Positions 59,650-64,000 of a stretch of 64,000 bases of DNA are shown in pieces. A program made the translations under genes and the position numbers. The DNA lies in assembly GCA_963717465.1 (NCBI GenBank), contig OY970340.1, positions 1,536,001 to 1,600,000 on the forward strand, read 5' to 3'. The stretch is from Candidatus Bathyarchaeota archaeon. GTDB taxonomy: Archaea > Thermoproteota > Bathyarchaeia > Bathyarchaeales > Bathycorpusculaceae. Below the pieces are notes generated by a model. It saw only the letters and a program-made list of their open reading frames with translations. It did no database searches and was not told the origin of the DNA. The first letter of the stretch is position 1, and each line of letters begins with the position of its first letter.

Positions 59650-61197
59650 TTATGCTATCCGTCTATTTCTCTTATAAGTCACGACTGAAAGGCTGATTAC
59701 CATTGCGCCAAAACCCCAACAAGCAAAACCAGCAATAATATTTACAATAGAAATTTTAGTAGGTGTGTTTGCCGAATTAGAAGACGCTGTCGTTGTTGAA
59801 GTACTGTTGCGGTTGCTATTTTCTCCATTATCACTAGTAACACTGTGATTATTGGTATCGATAGAACCATATTGTCCTGTTGGATTGTTTGCGAAAGTGT
59901 TTATGAATACTTGTCCTCCTTGTGTTGGATTAAAGTTCGAATCACGCATGGCAAATTCACCGATATCTCTGAACCAATGCTGCCCAACTGAGATGTGATT
60001 TGCGATAGAAATGGCAAAGATGTTCTGTTCAGCAGTAATTTCATTTGCTAAGTCTGAATCCAAGTCTATGCCTGTTTCGCTCAAGAAAACAGGGTGATTC
60101 TGCGCGACTTGAAGTATTCCTTCTGTTTGCATCGCATTGTAGACATCGCTGTAACTGTAGCCTTGCGTAGTTGTCCCAAATGCAGAGTTAGACCTATACA
60201 AGTGAGTACCATAAATAATATTGCTGTCATTTAATCCCAGTGCGTTCAACCAGGAACTCATGTCAGTATGCATAACGGCCGAGTCTTCTGAAGATGTGCA
60301 CCATGAATCAACTTCGCATTGAACTATTATTGGTTGAGTATATCCGACTGCTTCCATAGCTGAAACAGATTGATCTATAGCTTGAAACCAATCTTCCTGT
60401 GCAATACTACTTATATCAGTGTTTGGTTCGTTCCAAAGTTCAATCATAACGTTTGGATACGATTTTAAAATTTCTGCTTCATTTTGAGTGAATGCGACAA
60501 AGTCAGCTATGCTACTTATGCCAGAATTAATGCTTGTGGCAAAGGGTGGAAAAGGCAAAGGATCTTGCGTTGCTATTTGGTTGTTTGTCCAATAATCGCT
60601 TAATCTATAATTACAGACATCAACATACATTCCTAAACTTTGCGCATCTTGGCAAACCGTTTCAACCGCTGTTTGATAAGGCACCAATTCCGTGTTCGGA
60701 TCGCCGCTAATTATTGCAGATGTGACGTTATTTAACCAATCTTGAGCGTTAACTAGTAATCTTACCGTATTTATACCCCAGCTTTGCATTATTTTAAGCT
60801 GAGCTAGCACATTCAAACTTAATTGTGCTTGCGATGTAAAACTTGATACGCCATTCCACACTCCATCAGGTCCGTCAGCCATTTCTACCACGTTTACACT
60901 TTGAAGAATTATTTCTTGTCCATTACTAGTTATGATTTTATTTCCTTGCACGTCTAATTCTGAAGCTGATGCAGTATTAGCATAGGTTCCAGAGATTAGA
61001 GAGGTTTCATCATCTTTGAGTAACAATGCAAGGGGTGACTTCGCAGGGTCTACATCTCCAGTTCCATTACTTGCCAATAGTGAGACCGTTGAAACTAAAC
61101 CTGTTAAAAATATGCTGATTGCGCATATGGCAATTGGTTTTGCGTATTTACGAGCAATGCTCAGAGCCAATTGTACTTTTTGATTTTTGATGTTCAA
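59650..61197 (-). CDS. membrane-anchored glycoside hydrolase family 5
   Basis: WGINTVRL, ELWNEP (acid/base), H.Y, LSETG (nucleophile); signal region, S/T/N-rich linker, C-terminal TM. Confidence 0.82.
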   Translation of the reverse strand: MNIKNQKVQLALSIARKYAKPIAICAISIFLTGLVSTVSLLASNGTGDVDPAKSPLALLLKDDETSLISGTYANTASASELDVQGNKIITSNGQEIILQSVNVVEMADGPDGVWNGVSSFTSQAQLSLNVLAQLKIMQSWGINTVRLLVNAQDWLNNVTSAIISGDPNTELVPYQTAVETVCQDAQSLGMYVDVCNYRLSDYWTNNQIATQDPLPFPPFATSINSGISSIADFVAFTQNEAEILKSYPNVMIELWNEPNTDISSIAQEDWFQAIDQSVSAMEAVGYTQPIIVQCEVDSWCTSSEDSAVMHTDMSSWLNALGLNDSNIIYGTHLYRSNSAFGTTTQGYSYSDVYNAMQTEGILQVAQNHPVFLSETGIDLDSDLANEITAEQNIFAISIANHISVGQHWFRDIGEFAMRDSNFNPTQGGQVFINTFANNPTGQYGSIDTNNHSVTSDNGENSNRNSTSTTTASSNSANTPTKISIVNIIAGFACWGFGAMVISLSVVTYKRNRRIA

Positions 61198-61594
61198 TCC
61201 TTCCTCTCCCGCATGAAGCTTCAGAATGTTTAGCAGTAAACTATTATACCTTGTTGAAAAGCTTGTTTTTCAGATTTTCCAAGTTTAATTCTTTTTGTTA
61301 ATAATGTAAATTCTATTCGTACTTTCATCAAGTTACAAGAAACGAACTTTTTTCTCCGCACATTTCAAAAGTAATACTGTTCATAGAAAGACCTGACTTG
61401 AGATTCAAGAAACAAAATAACTCTAAAACCAAGGAGAACACCCTATCAGACGTCAGCATTACAATAAACACTTAACCACATGCAGCTTAAACGGAAAACG
61501 ACGCATTCTCAGCGATGCCTGCGGTTAATTAGCCTTGATTGAATTGAGGACTTTATTCAAGCAATGGATAAAAACATCACTTTGGAAAGTTTTT

Positions 61595-62344
61595 CTAGTT
61601 TTCTTTTTTTGCACGTCTGTCCATCCATTCGTGGGCGAAAACTTCAGGCTGCCCATAGTCTATTGCTTCAAGAATTTTTTCTGCTATGTGCTCTGCTGAG
61701 TCAGGTTTAAATCGTTCATCAGCAACATGCTCGTTTGAATTTCTTTTTTGTTCCTCTTTTACAGCTTTGATTGTATTTTCTTCGAAATTAGTTAGTGTAA
61801 TATACGGATAAACTACGGAGATTATGATACCGTCTTTTTTTAGCTCTTCTCTTGCAGTGATGCTTATGTGTGCCAGTGCCTGCTTTAGGCCACCGTAAGC
61901 GCTTGTGCCTGGAAGATTCATTAGGGCTAAACCTGAACTTATGTTAACAATTGACCCAGCACCTTGCTTTCGCATATAGGGCACTACTTGCTGCATTGCA
62001 ACTATTGGACCTACTAAGTTCAAGTTAAAAATGTACTGAAATTTTTCCACGTCTATTTGTTCCATGAACGCGTCGTATCCTTGTCCAGCATTGTTAACAA
62101 GGATGTCTATTTTGCCAAAGTGCGATATTGTTTTTTGGATCATGCTCTTGATTTCACGAGGTTTTGTCATGTCTGCGGTGATTGCAATCGAGTCTGGAAG
62201 CTGTTTAGATAAAACTTCTAGTTTGTCTTTTGATCTTGCTGCTAACACAAGCTTTGTGTTTTTAGATGATAATAGTTTTGCAGTGGCTAATCCTATTCCA
62301 CTTGAGGCTCCTGTTATTATGGCTACTTTACCTTTGACCTTCAT
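61595..62344 (-). CDS. short-chain dehydrogenase/reductase
   Basis: TGASSGIG, NNAG, YGGLK (YxxxK). Confidence 0.92.
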   Translation of the reverse strand: MKVKGKVAIITGASSGIGLATAKLLSSKNTKLVLAARSKDKLEVLSKQLPDSIAITADMTKPREIKSMIQKTISHFGKIDILVNNAGQGYDAFMEQIDVEKFQYIFNLNLVGPIVAMQQVVPYMRKQGAGSIVNISSGLALMNLPGTSAYGGLKQALAHISITAREELKKDGIIISVVYPYITLTNFEENTIKAVKEEQKRNSNEHVADERFKPDSAEHIAEKILEAIDYGQPEVFAHEWMDRRAKKEN

Positions 62345-62553
62345 ATCAATTCCTTGCCAATTAGGTGGAGAAGTTCTAATTTATCTTTTTTCTGTTTTAA
62401 CTAATATACGAGTAAATTCTTTTACCTTTTGACCTTTTTCAATTATCGGAAAAGGCAACTTTTTCCCTCTTTTATGAATCAATTTGGTCTAACACAAAAA
62501 AGCTGTCAAAACTATTCTATAGTTTGAGTGACAAGACGTATATTGAAGAAGGG

Positions 62554-63186
62554 CTATGGGGCATTCTTACATAATATCATATTATCAATAACTTTGCATA
62601 ATACCTCAAAAACCTCATCGGCATCCAAGTTATTGGTGTCCAGCACTAAATCAAATGGAGCTAGGTCTTCGCCTAGGATAAAACCGTATAGATCTTTGTA
62701 AATTGCCCTAGTTTTTTCTTCTTTTTCTTTCAAAACTTCAAAAGCTTCTTTAATAGTTATTTTGTCGCGTTGCGCAACTCTGGTTGCTCTTTTCTCTATT
62801 GAAGCTTGCAGCCAAATCTTAAACCCTGTTTTTAGCAGCCAAGGCATTGTCCAACTATCCAAAAGAACATTGCCTTTTTTTGCGCGTTCAAGAAGCTTTG
62901 TATCGACAGCTTTATCGAATTTGGGGTCTTTGCTTCTTGCGTCTAAGAAGCTAAGTCCCAATGGTTTTTCCCACCAGCCTTCGCTATACACGGTATATCC
63001 TGCCTCTTTTGCTAAATCTTTAAGGGCATCTCCTCCTGAATAGTAATCAAGATTGTATTTTTGGGCTAACTTTTTTGATAAAGTGCTTTTTCCGGTTCCA
63101 GCCATGCCTGAAATGCAAATTACAACATTTTTTGGGGGAGGTTGGTTGTCAGTAAGATTTATGTTCATTGGGTATTGGCACCGCAT
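62554..63186 (-). CDS. cmk: archaeal cytidylate kinase
   Basis: ISGMAGTGKST, SGG, R.TRVAQRD, Y..LYG; conserved position downstream of secY. Confidence 0.85.
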   Translation of the reverse strand: MRCQYPMNINLTDNQPPPKNVVICISGMAGTGKSTLSKKLAQKYNLDYYSGGDALKDLAKEAGYTVYSEGWWEKPLGLSFLDARSKDPKFDKAVDTKLLERAKKGNVLLDSWTMPWLLKTGFKIWLQASIEKRATRVAQRDKITIKEAFEVLKEKEEKTRAIYKDLYGFILGEDLAPFDLVLDTNNLDADEVFEVLCKVIDNMILCKNAP

Positions 63187-63198
63187 AAATTTATTGGG

Positions 63199-63666
63199 CT
63201 AAGTGGGGAGGACTATTGGGTTAGTGCCGAGTATGCGTGTTGAAAGCGTGCTTAAGAAGAGCGAGCAGATAAAATACCAGTAAGTTAGGATTAAGCCACC
63301 ATAGCCTGGAAGGTACGCGACAGGGGTTGTTCCGAAGGTTGGAAGTAAGACTAGCCACCATAATACAAGGCTGAAGAGCGATACACCCATCAAAACAAAC
63401 TGGGGTTTCATCATTTTTTGTTGCATTGCGTTTATTTGTGGCTGCCTTTTTTTCAGTTTTTCCATTTGCTTAGTATCGTTTGAACGCGCAGCTTTCATAG
63501 TTTCACTTTGATATTCCTTCATTTCTTTTTGCATTGAAAGATATTCTTTCCAGCCGACAAGACGACTTATCAAAACCCGGTTAAGGCATTGGATAAGGAT
63601 TGAAATTACAAGCGCTATTGAGAAAATAATCATTGTTGAAAAAGGTACTACTGTAAATATGGCCAT
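63199..63666 (-). CDS. EMC3/TMCO1 (DUF106) Oxa1-superfamily membrane protein
   Basis: TM, coiled coil, MMKP, WYFICS; next to secY. Confidence 0.85.
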   Translation of the reverse strand: MAIFTVVPFSTMIIFSIALVISILIQCLNRVLISRLVGWKEYLSMQKEMKEYQSETMKAARSNDTKQMEKLKKRQPQINAMQQKMMKPQFVLMGVSLFSLVLWWLVLLPTFGTTPVAYLPGYGGLILTYWYFICSLFLSTLSTRILGTNPIVLPT

Positions 63667-63841
63667 TCGCTTTCCTTCGTCTTTTCTTTTATATTCTTAG
63701 CCTATCATCATTTTCTCGTTTATAATCGTTTTTGCTGTTTTGGTAAATTTTACGCTGATTTTCAGGCAAATGAGAAAAACTAGGCAGTTCTTTTCAAAGA
63801 AAGATGAACTTCTTATCTTAGCATATGCGTTTGCTCATTAT

Positions 63842-64000
63842 TTATTCGCCTAGGATTCGTCTGAAAGCTGGGAACATTTCAGCTGCTCTTTCACGCATTA
63901 ATAATTCATAGTACTGGTAGATTATGGTAACTGATAGCATGATGCCTGTGCCTGTGCCATATGCGCCTAATAAATCAGCAGATCCAGCGAGTAGCCCGAT
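63842..64000 (-). CDS. secY: preprotein translocase SecY, 3' end (partial; one extra A near 63890)
   Basis: [37 protein letters not shown], then [15 protein letters not shown] after removing one A. Confidence 0.88.
   Translation of the reverse strand: MGLLAGSADLLGAYGTGTGIMLSVTIIYQYYELLMRERAAEMFPAFRRILGE

Noticed and set aside
1..64000. CRISPR array, rRNA or intact transposase
   Set aside because: No regularly spaced repeats, rRNA-like segments or transposase motifs were seen by eye.

Overview
Archaeal chromosomal window, most likely from a Bathyarchaeia-type (TACK) genome. This placement is inferred from gene style, a D-loop-intron tRNA and the integrase remnant. Left to right it holds: tRNA-Ile and mscL plus a diverged partial mscL copy bracketing an orphan PAS histidine kinase; a decayed accessory region of about 8.5-17.8 kb ending at tRNA-Cys, with an integrase pseudogene, att-like repeats, attC-like hairpins, a motif-degenerate aRF1 paralog and AlaX; an aryl-acid cluster (livKHMGF, paaK, iorAB, paaI, ACT protein); AMP phosphorylase; a tightly coupled 10-gene operon hemA-hemB-hemL-hemC-cobA/hemD-cfbA-cfbE-cfbD-cfbC-cfbB with a convergent, damaged sirC; tRNA-Asp with a non-canonical intron; mre11-rad50; a ThrC-like/wHTH fusion lacking the PLP lysine, upstream of a palindromic operator, an ECF S-component and a PurM-family protein; glycosyltransferases; GH5; and the end of the secY-EMC3-cmk block. 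The two best leads are (1) the operon, which with sirC covers the route from glutamyl-tRNA to the nickel tetrapyrrole coenzyme F430 although no mcr gene lies in the window, and (2) a candidate pseudo-enzyme-regulated vitamin (possibly B6) salvage module. Several frameshifts, including one in secY, suggest indel sequencing errors. All calls come from visual motif recognition; no searches were run.
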